Source: Pseudomonadota bacterium (GTDB lineage Bacteria > Pseudomonadota > Gammaproteobacteria > SURF-13). From it: a DNA stretch of 64,000 nt. The notes under the pieces were generated by a model that made no database searches, was not told where the DNA came from, and saw only the letters and a list, made by a program, of their open reading frames with translations. Positions 34,556 to 43,976 of the stretch are shown here, piece after piece. Location of the stretch: positions 62,203 to 126,202 of the forward strand of contig JAQBXX010000001.1 of NCBI GenBank assembly GCA_027624315.1, given 5' to 3'. Both the position numbers and the translations under genes were made by a program. Each line of letters starts with the position of its first letter. Position 1 is the first letter of the stretch.

Positions 34556-34792
34556 ATGGCCAGAGTCTGTCAAGTTACCGGTAAGCGCCCGATGGCGGGC
34601 AACAACGTGTCGCACGCCAACAACAGAACCAAGCGGCGCTTCCTGCCCAATCTGCGCCACCATCGCTTCTGGGTGGAGAGTGAGCGGTGCTGGATACGCC
34701 TGCGCCTTACCACCAAGGGTATGCGCATCATCGATAAGCTCGGCATCGACCACGTGCTCGCAGACATGCGCAGCCGCGGCGAAAAGGTTTGA
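34556..34792 (+). CDS. rpmB: 50S ribosomal protein L28
   Basis: [33 protein letters not shown]... Confidence 0.95.
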   Translation: MARVCQVTGKRPMAGNNVSHANNRTKRRFLPNLRHHRFWVESERCWIRLRLTTKGMRIIDKLGIDHVLADMRSRGEKV

Positions 34793-34803
34793 GGAGTTAA
34801 GTC

Positions 34804-34959
34804 ATGCGTGAAAAGATCAAGCTCGTTTCCAGTGCCGACACCGGTCACTACTACACCACCACCAAGAACCGGCGCACTATGCCGGAGAAGATGGAGATCA
34901 AGAAGTATGATCCCGTGGTGCGCAAGCACGTCATCTACAAGGAAGCCAAGATCAAATAG
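34804..34959 (+). CDS. rpmG: 50S ribosomal protein L33
   Basis: 51 aa, read by hand (below the ORF-track size cutoff): [57 protein letters not shown] lies 8 nt upstream. Confidence 0.9.
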   Translation: MREKIKLVSSADTGHYYTTTKNRRTMPEKMEIKKYDPVVRKHVIYKEAKIK

Positions 34960-34980
34960 ACGGTCTTCCATGCAGCCAAT

Positions 34981-35008
34981 AAAAAACCCGCCAGTGGCGG
35001 GTTTTTTA
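34981..35008. terminator. rho-independent terminator (bidirectional) after rpmBG
   Basis: AAAAAAcccgccagtggcgggTTTTTT. Confidence 0.8.
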
Positions 35009-35027
35009 TTGTTCGACTGCCGGATAG

Positions 35028-36227
35028 TTATGCCGGGTGCAGTGAGTAAGCACGCAGCTTGTGGGAAAACTCCTGCAGCGCCTTGATGCCAGTCGCCTCG
35101 GCCTGCTTGCACCAGTCCTGCAGCGCATGCAGCAGATTTTCCTGGGTCTCGGCGGAGCGCTGCCAGATCTGCTGTAACCGCTGCTTGTACTGATATACCG
35201 TCTGCAGTTGCGCGCTCTGGCTCAGCACCGCGTGCAGCTTGGCGCACGCATCCTCGTTCAGCAGCGACTCATCACGCACCAGAAGGCCACGCGCGCGCTT
35301 GAGCAGGCTGCGGTAAGCCCCTTGCGCAATGCGCACCTCTTCCGCATGCACATGTGCCAGCACATCCTGCGCATAATGGGCCATTACGCGCATGCGGTGC
35401 GTGATTACGGCCTTCACCGTATCCATGTCCACCATATGCTTGGTCTGCACCATCACCGGCTCGACGGCCACCTTCTTGACGCGCGCAAGGCCGAAGGTTT
35501 CGAGGATGCGGATATAAACCCAGCCGATATCGAACTCCCACCACTTGGAAGAGAGCTTGGCGGAGCTGCCGAAGGCATGGTGATTGTTATGCAGTTCTTC
35601 ACCGCCGATCAGGATGCCCCACGGCACGATGTTGGTGGAGGCGTCCAGAGACTCATAGTTGCGATAGCCCCACCAGTGGCCGATACCATTGATGACGCCT
35701 GCCGCAGTGACGGGTATCCATATCATCTGGATCGCCCACACGGCCAAGCCCACCACACCGAACAGCATGAGGTCGATGATCAGCATGATCCTGACGCCCC
35801 AACCGGTACGGGGCGTATAGATATTGCGCTCCAGCCAGTCGTCCGGGGTGTTGTGGCCGTAATTGTCCAGCGTGTCCTGTTTTTTCGCCTCGGCGCGATA
35901 GAGCTCGGCACCCTGCAATAACAGCTTGCGCAGACCGAAAACCTGCGGGCTGTGCGGATCATCCTTGGTTTCGACCTTGGCGTGATGCTTGCGATGGATC
36001 GCCACCCAGTCCTTGGTCACCATGCCGGTGGTGAGCCATAGCCAGAAACGGAAAAAGTGGCTGGGCAGCGGGTGCAAATCGAGTCCGCGATGCGCCTGAT
36101 GACGATGCAGGAATATGGTCACGGCGGCGATAGTAATGTGCGTAAACACCAAGGTCACCACGACCAGCTCCCATGCGGAGAGGTGCAGCAGCCCACCGGC
36201 CATCATATTCAGCAAACCATCAATCAT
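35028..36227 (-). CDS. membrane fatty-acid (acyl-CoA/acyl-lipid) desaturase
   Basis: 399 aa with His boxes (HRHQAH, HRKHH, HNNHH) and transmembrane segments. Confidence 0.8.
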   Translation of the reverse strand: MIDGLLNMMAGGLLHLSAWELVVVTLVFTHITIAAVTIFLHRHQAHRGLDLHPLPSHFFRFWLWLTTGMVTKDWVAIHRKHHAKVETKDDPHSPQVFGLRKLLLQGAELYRAEAKKQDTLDNYGHNTPDDWLERNIYTPRTGWGVRIMLIIDLMLFGVVGLAVWAIQMIWIPVTAAGVINGIGHWWGYRNYESLDASTNIVPWGILIGGEELHNNHHAFGSSAKLSSKWWEFDIGWVYIRILETFGLARVKKVAVEPVMVQTKHMVDMDTVKAVITHRMRVMAHYAQDVLAHVHAEEVRIAQGAYRSLLKRARGLLVRDESLLNEDACAKLHAVLSQSAQLQTVYQYKQRLQQIWQRSAETQENLLHALQDWCKQAEATGIKALQEFSHKLRAYSLHPA

Positions 36228-36571
36228 GAATGACTCCTGGAAAGAAATTGCATCGGGATACTATAGAGAAGTCCGGGGCGCACGTCCATAGGCCTTTGCT
36301 ACCCGGACCATAAAGAGCCTTGGCAAACCGGCACGTTACCAGCATATTCGAAGATATTTACGTATTTTCACAACAAGTTAGGCTCAATCATGCTCAAAAA
36401 GTTCAATCCCCAGTGACTTGAGCACATGTTGCTCATATACGCTCGGAAACCCCCATTTTCAAAGGCGATGCCGGTATCACCCCTGTCAGCCAAGCAAATC
36501 GCATTCCATGTCCCTTGGGCCGTGGCGGGTTTGCCGGCCACCCACTGGAGGTGGGGGCGAGAGTGTGATTT

Positions 36572-37213
36572 TTAAACCCCGTAGCAGGAGCGGTAATTGT
36601 GGATGGCCTCAAGGTGCGGCCGCACTACAGCTCGTTGCTCCACGTAGCTCAGCAGTGTCTTGAGCGTGACGATACTCACCACCGGAATGCCGTAATTGTT
36701 TTGCACCTCCTGCACGGCGGACAGTTCGCCCTGACCGCGCTCCTGGCGGTCGAGCGCGATCAGCACGCCCGCAGGCTGCGCGCCCGCATCCTTGATGACG
36801 GCGACGGACTCACCCACCGAGATACCCGCGCTGATCACGTCGTCCACGATGAGCACGCGCCCCGCGAGCGGGGCGCCGACGATCAAACCGCCTTCACCGT
36901 GGCGCTTCGCCTCTTTGCGGTTGAAGGCATAAGGCACGTCGCGTCCGTGATGATCGGCCAGCGCGATGCTCACCGCCGCCACCAGCGGAATGCCCTTATA
37001 GGCCGGCCCGTACAGCATGTCGTACTCCACGCCGGAGTGAACCAATGCCGCAGCGTAATAGCGCCCAAGCCGCGCGAGGCTCGCGCCGGTATTGAACAGG
37101 CCGCTGTTGAAAAAATACGGACTCACGCGCCCGGACTTCAGCGTGAACTCGCCGAACTTGAGCACGCCGGTGTCCAGGGCAAAATCGAGAAATTCGTGTT
37201 GGTAATCCTGCAT
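36572..37213 (-). CDS. pyrE: orotate phosphoribosyltransferase
   Basis: [36 protein letters not shown]... with PRPP motif [11 protein letters not shown]. Start at the ATG at 37213; the ORF begins at 37249. Confidence 0.9.
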   Translation of the reverse strand: MQDYQHEFLDFALDTGVLKFGEFTLKSGRVSPYFFNSGLFNTGASLARLGRYYAAALVHSGVEYDMLYGPAYKGIPLVAAVSIALADHHGRDVPYAFNRKEAKRHGEGGLIVGAPLAGRVLIVDDVISAGISVGESVAVIKDAGAQPAGVLIALDRQERGQGELSAVQEVQNNYGIPVVSIVTLKTLLSYVEQRAVVRPHLEAIHNYRSCYGV

Positions 37214-37286
37214 AGGCATTCCCGCAGCGGGGATTATAACCAAAACCATGCACGCGAAGTCATTTTACGGTACGCTTTAGCGCTTT

Positions 37287-37319
37287 ATCACGCTCAACAT
37301 GAATGGCATCCGCTCTGCG
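37287..37319 (+). repeat. left 33-bp direct repeat (copy of the first codons of the xth/crc-like gene)
   Basis: atcacgctcaacatgaatggcatccgctctgcg against 39328-39360 atcaccctcaacatgaacggcatccgctctgcg, 31/33 identical. Encodes ITLNMNGIRSA followed by a stop 3 codons later. Confidence 0.75.
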
Positions 37320-37372
37320 GCGCGCTGATGTCACACCAGACGACCGATTACTTCGGGCAGAGCCCCAGTTGC

Positions 37373-37735
37373 ATGTCTCGACACAAAACAATCCCGATTG
37401 TCGATCTCTTCGCGGGCCCGGGCGGGCTTGGGGAAGGATTTTCTGCCTTCACTACAGCCCATGACCAACATCCTTTCAGGGTAATGCTTTCGATTGAAAA
37501 GGACGGCGCTGCACACAGGACTCTTCTTCTGAGAACCTTCTTGCGGCAATTCCCCGATAACCGCGTCCCGAAGGATTATTATGAATTTCTCAGGAACTTT
37601 AAAGAACCGGAGAGCAGCAGACTCACCCGTCTCTATGGGAAGTATCCCAAAGAAGCTCAAAGAGCGGCCTGCCAAGCCATGCATGCCGAGCTTGGCGTAA
37701 CCGAACTGGCAACAATCAGACATGAATACTCATAA
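37373..37735 (+). pseudogene. N-terminal fragment (120 aa) of a C5 cytosine-specific DNA methyltransferase
   Basis: IPIVDLFAGPGGLGEGF is motif I (FxGxGG). The following block resembles the C5 methyltransferase region between motifs I and IV, but no PCQ or ENV motif appears and the frame stops at 37735. Low GC. Confidence 0.55.
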
Positions 37736-38510
37736 CTGGACAAGAGAGCAGCTAAAGCTGGCATTCCACCTTTATTGCCAGCTACCGTTTGGAAAGTTAC
37801 ATCACAGAAATCCAGAAATAATTCAGCTTGCAAAGCTAATTGGTCGAACACCATCAGCAGTTTCGATGAAATTAGGGAATTTTTCTAGCCTTGATCCCGC
37901 TATCACAAGTACCGGACGGAGTGGTCTAGGTAATGCCTCTAAAGCCGACCGTGAAATTTGGACTGAATTTCATGAAAATTGGGAGAAACTTGCGATTGAG
38001 TGCGACAGCTTAAGGCGGCAACTCAACGCAGGACTTGAAATACCAGCTACATCCGAATTCAATTTATCAACTGATGAATACCTTGGTGATTTCACTGGTG
38101 AAACTCGCAACGTAATCACAGAGCAACGCATTAAGCAGCAATTTTTCCGCAGGGCAGTGTTGAGTAGCTATCGCGGAAGATGCTGTATGACAGGACTATC
38201 TGAACCAAGATTACTGGTAGCCAGCCATATCGTCCCCTGGAGCGCAGACAGATCGAACCGTTTAAACCCGAGAAATGGCCTATGCTTGTCATCGTTGCAT
38301 GACAAAGCTTTTGACCAAGGACTGATTACGCTGACAGACAACTTCAGAATTATTCTCTCCGATAAACTACGAAGCAAAGACGAGCCCTTTATTAAGCAAG
38401 CGTTTTTTGCGCTAGAAGGACATGCCATAGAATTACCCGAACGTTTCTTGCCCAGCGTAGAATTTGTTGCATATCATCGTCAAGAGGTGTTTCTAGATAA
38501 CCGCGCATAA
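37722..38510 (+). CDS. HNH-family (HNH_2-like) putative restriction endonuclease
   Basis: 262 aa with C-terminal motif ASHIVPWSADRSNRLNPRNGLCLSSLHDKAFDQGLIT, the His-Asn-His beta-beta-alpha metal finger. AT-rich. Overlaps the methyltransferase fragment by 14 nt. Confidence 0.7.
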   Translation: MNTHNWTREQLKLAFHLYCQLPFGKLHHRNPEIIQLAKLIGRTPSAVSMKLGNFSSLDPAITSTGRSGLGNASKADREIWTEFHENWEKLAIECDSLRRQLNAGLEIPATSEFNLSTDEYLGDFTGETRNVITEQRIKQQFFRRAVLSSYRGRCCMTGLSEPRLLVASHIVPWSADRSNRLNPRNGLCLSSLHDKAFDQGLITLTDNFRIILSDKLRSKDEPFIKQAFFALEGHAIELPERFLPSVEFVAYHRQEVFLDNRA

Positions 38511-38516
38511 AAGCAT

Positions 38517-38927
38517 CTAAAGCCAACTTATCTTTACCTCGTTCTCGACTTGCTTAAACTCTTTATCGCCAGTGACCAATTCCGCTTTCCGATCCTTAGC
38601 CAAAGCTGCCGCAAAGCAATCCGCGAAGGACATGCGGTTCTTGGCTTTGAATGTTCCGGCAATACGCGCCAACTTCCAGTCAACATCCACAAATTCTATC
38701 CCAAGCAGCCTCAGCGTATCTATTGCCTTGTCCGCCTCGGTTTCGGACACTTCCCAGGCGATTATGTACCAAACCTCTCCGGCGTTCACGACCGACATGA
38801 GCAGCGGTATCCCGTGCTCATGGGCATCACCGATCAGGCTCGCCACTTTCGGGCCAGTGCTTTCGTCCTCCAGATAGGCCAGCACCGCCCACGAATCAAG
38901 CACGATAGCTTTCGGCCGGCGGGCCAT
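38517..38927 (-). CDS. vapC: PIN-domain toxin VapC (second copy)
   Basis: 136 aa, IVLDSWAVLAYLEDE...LLMSVVNAGE..., PIN fold. Confidence 0.8.
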   Translation of the reverse strand: MARRPKAIVLDSWAVLAYLEDESTGPKVASLIGDAHEHGIPLLMSVVNAGEVWYIIAWEVSETEADKAIDTLRLLGIEFVDVDWKLARIAGTFKAKNRMSFADCFAAALAKDRKAELVTGDKEFKQVENEVKISWL

Positions 38928-39157
38928 TAGATATCCCTCTCACGCTTCTTTTCCGCCGCCAGCGCCTTGAGCAGCCCCTTGCCCTTGTATTTTCCCCGCA
39001 TGCTCTGGATGTATTCAGGGGTAATCGGGGTGAGGACAATCTTGTGCGTCTGTTCGTCCACATCAATCTGGATTCTTGTCCCTTCCTTCATTCCAAGCCT
39101 TCTCCGCACCTTTGACGGGATCACGATCTGTCCCTTGGCGGTCAGGTAGGTTTCCAT
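38927..39157 (-). CDS. vapB: AbrB/MazE/SpoVT-family antitoxin (VapB)
   Basis: 76 aa, KGQIVIPSKVRRRLGMKEGTRIQID, a swapped-hairpin beta-barrel motif. Its stop overlaps the vapC start. Confidence 0.8.
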   Translation of the reverse strand: METYLTAKGQIVIPSKVRRRLGMKEGTRIQIDVDEQTHKIVLTPITPEYIQSMRGKYKGKGLLKALAAEKKRERDI

Positions 39158-39318
39158 GACGGCACCCTCAATTTCTGATATTTTTGTATTTTATACCATT
39201 ATTTAAAATGTAAGTCAAATATTATATTTCTTACTTTTTTCATAAGGCGGACATGCTGACGGCTTGCGCCCGCAGTCGGCGGGATGCGCCACAGTGCAAT
39301 TTAAGGTAGGCTGCGCGC

Positions 39319-40092
39319 ATGCGCATCATCACCCTCAACATGAACGGCATCCGCTCTGCGAACACCAAGGGATTTTTCCCGTGGATGCTGAAACAAAAAC
39401 CCGACGTCGTCTGCCTGCAGGAGACCAAGGCGCAGGAGCATCAACTGACGGACAACGCACTGCACCCGGACGGCTACCACAGCTATTTTCACGACGCCGT
39501 AAAAAAAGGCTACAGCGGCGTCGCACTCTACTGCAAGCACAAACCGGACAAGGTCATCATGGGCTTGGGCTGGCCGGACTTTGACGCCGAAGGACGTTAC
39601 ATCGAAGCGAGCTTTGGCAACCTGAGCGTCGTGTCATTGTATCTGCCTTCCGGCTCGTCCGGCCCGGAACGTCAAGCCGTAAAATTCGACATGCTCGAAC
39701 GCCTGGTGCCGGTGCTGAAAAAAATGCGCAACAGCAAACGCGAATACATCATCTGCGGCGACTGGAACATCGCCCATAAAAACATTGATCTCAAAAACTG
39801 GCGCAGCAATCAAAAGAACTCCGGCTTCCTGCCAGAAGAGCGCGCCTGGATGGATCAATTATTCGGCAAGCTCGGTTTCGTGGATGCGTTCCGCGTGGTG
39901 AATCAGGAACCGGAGCAATATACGTGGTGGTCAAACCGCGGTCAGGCGTGGGCGAAAAACGTCGGATGGCGCATTGATTATCACGTCACCACACCGGGCC
40001 TTGTGGATAAGGTCAAATCCGCTGCGATTTATAAAACGGAGCGCTTCTCCGACCACGCGCCGTTGACGATGAATTATGATTACACTTTCTGA
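39319..40092 (+). CDS. exodeoxyribonuclease III family protein (Xth paralog / Crc-like, pyrE-adjacent)
   Basis: 257 aa, MRIITLNMNGIRSA...VVCLQETKAQ...SDHAP. Position next to pyrE matches crc in Pseudomonas. The sequence alone cannot say whether it is a nuclease or a Crc-type regulator. Confidence 0.8.
   Translation: MRIITLNMNGIRSANTKGFFPWMLKQKPDVVCLQETKAQEHQLTDNALHPDGYHSYFHDAVKKGYSGVALYCKHKPDKVIMGLGWPDFDAEGRYIEASFGNLSVVSLYLPSGSSGPERQAVKFDMLERLVPVLKKMRNSKREYIICGDWNIAHKNIDLKNWRSNQKNSGFLPEERAWMDQLFGKLGFVDAFRVVNQEPEQYTWWSNRGQAWAKNVGWRIDYHVTTPGLVDKVKSAAIYKTERFSDHAPLTMNYDYTF
39328..39360 (+). repeat. right 33-bp direct repeat (inside the 5' end of the xth/crc-like gene)
   Basis: See the left repeat at 37287-37319. 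Confidence 0.75.
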
Positions 40093-40098
40093 TTTTAG

Positions 40099-40875
40099 TT
40101 GGGCGCATTAAAACGCATGAAGATACATAGGGCACAGCTAGGCGCAACAAAACTGAGCAAGGTACCGGAGAATGAACGGGTGTTGTTCGTCTTGCTCGGC
40201 CATTTTGTAAATGAAATAAACGTACTTAACAAGACGTTCTACTTATGCTCCCAGTTTCAAGCAGCGCCAAAGTGGCGATCGCATGCTCATACAAGCCAAG
40301 CTCTTGTATTCGCCCGGATACTTATTGGCAAGCTATATGAAGGCTGGAAATTACTGTGCAAAGGATACTTCGACTCGCAAATATCAAAAATCTACGATGA
40401 GCGTCTTAATCAGGAAGCTAAGGACGCACTCAGCAATCTCAAAAAGTACTTTGGGCGAGAAAATCTAATCGACACGATTAGAAACAGCTTCTCGTTTCAC
40501 TACTCCCTCCCAGATACACGGGCAGCCTTAGCCCGGGAACTTGATAATGAAGAGTTGCTCATGTATCTAGCGGATAACAATGGCAATACGCTCTACTACT
40601 TTTCCGAATACATTGTTAATACTGCGCTACTGGAAGCTATAGAGAAAGGGGATCCTGGCAAGGCTTTAGAGCGTCTGATTGGTGAAAGCGCGAAAGTTGT
40701 ACGCTGGTTTAATGAGTTGGCTAGCGGAATAATGACTCATGTTGTTGATAAGTATTTATTGGAAAGTGATGGAAAGCTCGTGTTAGAGTTAATTGATCTT
40801 GGCCACGTTCCGGTTGCCGAGCAAATCGAGATCCCATACTTCTTTACGTCAGAGTCAACCGGTAGGCATGAATAG
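40099..40875 (+). CDS. hypothetical protein in a low-GC islet (no recognisable family)
   Basis: 258 aa ORF, markedly AT-rich against a GC-rich background, with coding-like composition. An alternative start lies at the ATG at 40117. Confidence 0.5.
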   Translation: MGALKRMKIHRAQLGATKLSKVPENERVLFVLLGHFVNEINVLNKTFYLCSQFQAAPKWRSHAHTSQALVFARILIGKLYEGWKLLCKGYFDSQISKIYDERLNQEAKDALSNLKKYFGRENLIDTIRNSFSFHYSLPDTRAALARELDNEELLMYLADNNGNTLYYFSEYIVNTALLEAIEKGDPGKALERLIGESAKVVRWFNELASGIMTHVVDKYLLESDGKLVLELIDLGHVPVAEQIEIPYFFTSESTGRHE

Positions 40876-40956
40876 CGAACTCCGTCCAATTAAAGCGCGC
40901 AACAACAGCGCGTAAATACCTTTCCCAAAGGGAGAGGTATACAACCCACTCTTAAA

Positions 40957-42261
40957 ATGACACTTAAAGACTACCTCCACATCTTCACTAACCGCCGCGT
41001 GGCGGTGGTGCTGTTGCTCGGATTCTCCTCGGGGCTGCCGCTGGCGCTCTCCGGCGGCACGTTGCAGGCGTGGATGACGACTGCGGGGGTGGATTTGAAA
41101 ACCATCGGCATCTTTACGCTGGTGGGTTTGCCTTACACGCTCAAATTTCTCTGGGCGCCGTTCATGGATCGCTTTGTGCCGCCGTGGCTGGGGCGGCGGC
41201 GTGGCTGGATGGTCGCCACGCAGGTTGCGCTCATGCTGGGTATCGCGGCGATGGGACTGGGTTCGCCGCAGCACGCACTGTGGGCCTTGGCGGCGCTCGC
41301 CGTGTTTGTCGCCTTCACTTCAGCTTCACAGGACATTGCCTTCGATGCCTACCGCGCCGATGTGTTGCGCCCGGCGGAACGTGGCGTGGGCGCGGCGGTG
41401 TCGGTGATGGGCTATCGCATCGCGATGCTGGTGTCGGGCGCGGGCGCCTTGATTCTCGCCGACCACTTCGGCTGGCACACGACGTATCTCATCCTTGCGG
41501 GGTTGATGATTATAGGCGTCATCGCCACACTGCTCGGCCCGGAGCCGGACGGACACATCGCACCACCGCGCACCTTGCAGGAGGCGGTGACAGGGCCGTT
41601 AAAGGCCTTCGTTTCGCTGCACTCCCTCGCGGGCGCAGCGTGGATACTGCTGTTGATCGTGCTGTACAAGCTCGGTGATGCCTTCGCAGGCACATTGAGC
41701 ACTGCCTTTCTGCTGCGCGGCGTGGGTTTTTCGCTGACCGATGTCGGTGCGGTAAACAAGGGGCTGGGATTGCTCGCGCTGATCCTGGGCGCCTTGTTCG
41801 GCGGGGCGTTGCTGCCGAAGCTCGGGCTCTATCGTGCCTTGATGGTGTTCGGTGTGCTGCAGGCCGTTTCCAACCTGAGTTTCATGGCGCTGGCGTGGGT
41901 CGGCAAGAGTTATGCGATGCTGATCACCGCCGTGGTGTTTGAGCAGGTGAGCGGCGGCATGGGGACAGCGGCCTTTGTCGCGCTGCTCATGGCGCTGTGC
42001 GATCACCGCTACACCGCCACGCAGTTCGCGCTGTTCTCCGCCTTCGCCGCATTCGGCAGGCAGTATCTGGGGCCACCTGCCGGTGTGCTCGCCGACGAGT
42101 TGGGCTGGGTGATTTTTTTCTTCATCACCACGCTCGCCGCACTGCCGGGGTTGTGGCTGCTGTGGCGTATGCGTGCACGCATCAGCGGCCTGGAGGGCGG
42201 CAGCCCGGTTAATTCGGCTTACGCCGAAAGCGGTACAGCGCAATCTCGCCCAGTAGATTAG
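40957..42261 (+). CDS. ampG: muropeptide permease AmpG (MFS)
   Basis: 434 aa, 12-14 transmembrane segments, AmpG-like N-terminus (LLLGFSSGLPLALSGGTLQAWM). Confidence 0.85.
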   Translation: MTLKDYLHIFTNRRVAVVLLLGFSSGLPLALSGGTLQAWMTTAGVDLKTIGIFTLVGLPYTLKFLWAPFMDRFVPPWLGRRRGWMVATQVALMLGIAAMGLGSPQHALWALAALAVFVAFTSASQDIAFDAYRADVLRPAERGVGAAVSVMGYRIAMLVSGAGALILADHFGWHTTYLILAGLMIIGVIATLLGPEPDGHIAPPRTLQEAVTGPLKAFVSLHSLAGAAWILLLIVLYKLGDAFAGTLSTAFLLRGVGFSLTDVGAVNKGLGLLALILGALFGGALLPKLGLYRALMVFGVLQAVSNLSFMALAWVGKSYAMLITAVVFEQVSGGMGTAAFVALLMALCDHRYTATQFALFSAFAAFGRQYLGPPAGVLADELGWVIFFFITTLAALPGLWLLWRMRARISGLEGGSPVNSAYAESGTAQSRPVD

Positions 42262-42814
42262 GCAACAGCCGCATACCCCAACCGCCACGGTGCGCATGAT
42301 CGACCACGGTGCGCTGTAGCACGCTGATGCCGTTTTTCGCGCACAACTGCTCGAAATCCCTCAGCGTGCACAGATGGATGTTGGGCGTGTTGTACCACTC
42401 GTTCGGCAGGTTGCGTGACACCGGCATGTGCCCGCCGAGCGCAATCTGCACGCGGTTTTGCCAGTGGCCGAAATTGGGAAAGGTGACGATGCCCTCGCGT
42501 CCGACGCGCAACATCTCATCCAGCAGCCGGTCGGGGTAATACACCGCCTGCAGGGTCTGCGAGAGGATCACGTAATCGAACGAGTCGGCGTCGAAGTCGG
42601 ACAGGCCGGCGTCGAGGTCGGTCTGGATCACGTTCACGCCCGCCTCGATACACTTGATGATGTTGGCGCCGTCGATCTCCAGCCCGTAACTGCTCACGCC
42701 ACGCGTGGCATTCAGATACGCCAGCAGTGCGCCGTCGCCGCAGCCGAGATCGAGCACGCGGCTGCCGGGCGCGATCCATTCGCTGATGATTTCAAAATCC
42801 GGGCGCAGGGCCAT
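42209..42814 (-). CDS. metW: methionine biosynthesis protein MetW
   Basis: 201 aa with SAM-methyltransferase-like motif VLDLGCGDGALL. Lies directly downstream of metX. Its 3' end overlaps the ampG 3' end by about 50 bp, so one of the two stop assignments may be slightly off. Confidence 0.8.
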   Translation of the reverse strand: MALRPDFEIISEWIAPGSRVLDLGCGDGALLAYLNATRGVSSYGLEIDGANIIKCIEAGVNVIQTDLDAGLSDFDADSFDYVILSQTLQAVYYPDRLLDEMLRVGREGIVTFPNFGHWQNRVQIALGGHMPVSRNLPNEWYNTPNIHLCTLRDFEQLCAKNGISVLQRTVVDHAHRGGWGMRLLPNLLGEIALYRFRRKPN

Positions 42815-43965
42815 TACACGCCCACCTCTCTGGCGACGCGCTCGAGATACGTGTGCAGCAGCGTCTGATAATGCGTATTGGGCATGAGAAACGCATCGTG
42901 TCCTTCGGACGAGGTGATCTCGGCGTAACTCACCTGATGGTCGTTATCGAGCAGGGCGCGCACGATCTCGCGCGAGCGCGCGGGCGAAAAACGCCAGTCA
43001 CTGGTGAACGCGATCACAAAAAACTTTGCCGTCGCAGCCTTGAGCGCCGCCGACAGGTCGTGGTTGAATTCCGCCGCCGGGTCGAAATAGTCCAGCACCT
43101 TGGTCATGAGTAAATAGGTGTTGGCGTCAAAGCGCTCGACGAAGGACTGCCCCTGATAACGCAGATAGCTCTCGACCTGAAACTCCACATCGAAACCGAA
43201 GCTGAGCTTGCCCTCACGCAACTCGCGCCCGAACTTGGCGCGCATCGCATCGTCGGAGAGATAGGTGATGTGGCCGAGCATGCGCGCGAGCATAAGCCCC
43301 CGGCGCGGCACGACGTTATGCTCGTAATAATGCCCGGCGTGAAAATCGGGATCGGACATGATGGCTTGGCGCGCCACCTCGTTGAAGGCGATGTTCTGGG
43401 CGGAGAGCTTGGGTGCGGCGGCAATGGCCAGTGCATGACGCAATCCATCGGGGAAGTCGATGGCCCATTGCAACGCCTGCATGCCGCCCAGGCTGCCGCC
43501 AATCACCGCGGCCCACTGCGTAATGCCGAGCGCCGCGCCCAGGCGCGCTTGGCTCTGCACCCAGTCGCGCACCGTGACGATGGGAAAGTCCGGGCCGTAG
43601 GGCTTGCCGGTGGCGGGGTTCACACTCACCGGGCCGGTGGAGCCTTTGCAGCCGCCCAGATTATTCAGCGACACCACAAAGAAGCGCCGCGTATCAAACG
43701 GCTTGCCGGGGCCGATGCAACTGTCCCACCAGCCCGGCTTCTTGTCCTCCGGCGAATGATAGCCCGCGGCGTGATGATCGCCGGACAGTGCGTGACACAC
43801 CAGAATCGCGTTGGACCGCGCCGCATTCAGCGCGCCATAGGTTTCGTAGACCAGTTCGTACTCGTCGAGCGTGCGCCCGCAGTCGAGCGCCAGCGGCTCA
43901 CTGAAATGCAGCGTCTGTGGCGTGACTATGCCGACGGAGTCAGCAGGAAGAGTAATAGGCATCAA
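42814..43965 (-). CDS. metX: homoserine O-acyltransferase MetX (alpha/beta hydrolase)
   Basis: 383 aa, ...[15 protein letters not shown]..., the MetX family catalytic Ser motif. Confidence 0.9.
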   Translation of the reverse strand: MMPITLPADSVGIVTPQTLHFSEPLALDCGRTLDEYELVYETYGALNAARSNAILVCHALSGDHHAAGYHSPEDKKPGWWDSCIGPGKPFDTRRFFVVSLNNLGGCKGSTGPVSVNPATGKPYGPDFPIVTVRDWVQSQARLGAALGITQWAAVIGGSLGGMQALQWAIDFPDGLRHALAIAAAPKLSAQNIAFNEVARQAIMSDPDFHAGHYYEHNVVPRRGLMLARMLGHITYLSDDAMRAKFGRELREGKLSFGFDVEFQVESYLRYQGQSFVERFDANTYLLMTKVLDYFDPAAEFNHDLSAALKAATAKFFVIAFTSDWRFSPARSREIVRALLDNDHQVSYAEITSSEGHDAFLMPNTHYQTLLHTYLERVAREVGV

Positions 43966-43976
43966 GGTTTATACTT

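Noticed and set aside
36240-36300. RNase P RNA (rnpB) suspected from GAAGUCCGGGGCGCACGUCCAUAGG
   Set aside because: Only a short resemblance to the P4 region. The remainder of the 344-bp gap is AT-rich and lacks the other conserved rnpB helices.
36599-37735. 378-aa + strand ORF spanning pyrE
   Set aside because: Antisense to the well-supported pyrE gene and typical of GC-rich antisense frames. Only its last 120 codons (37373-37735, the C5 methyltransferase fragment) look genuine.
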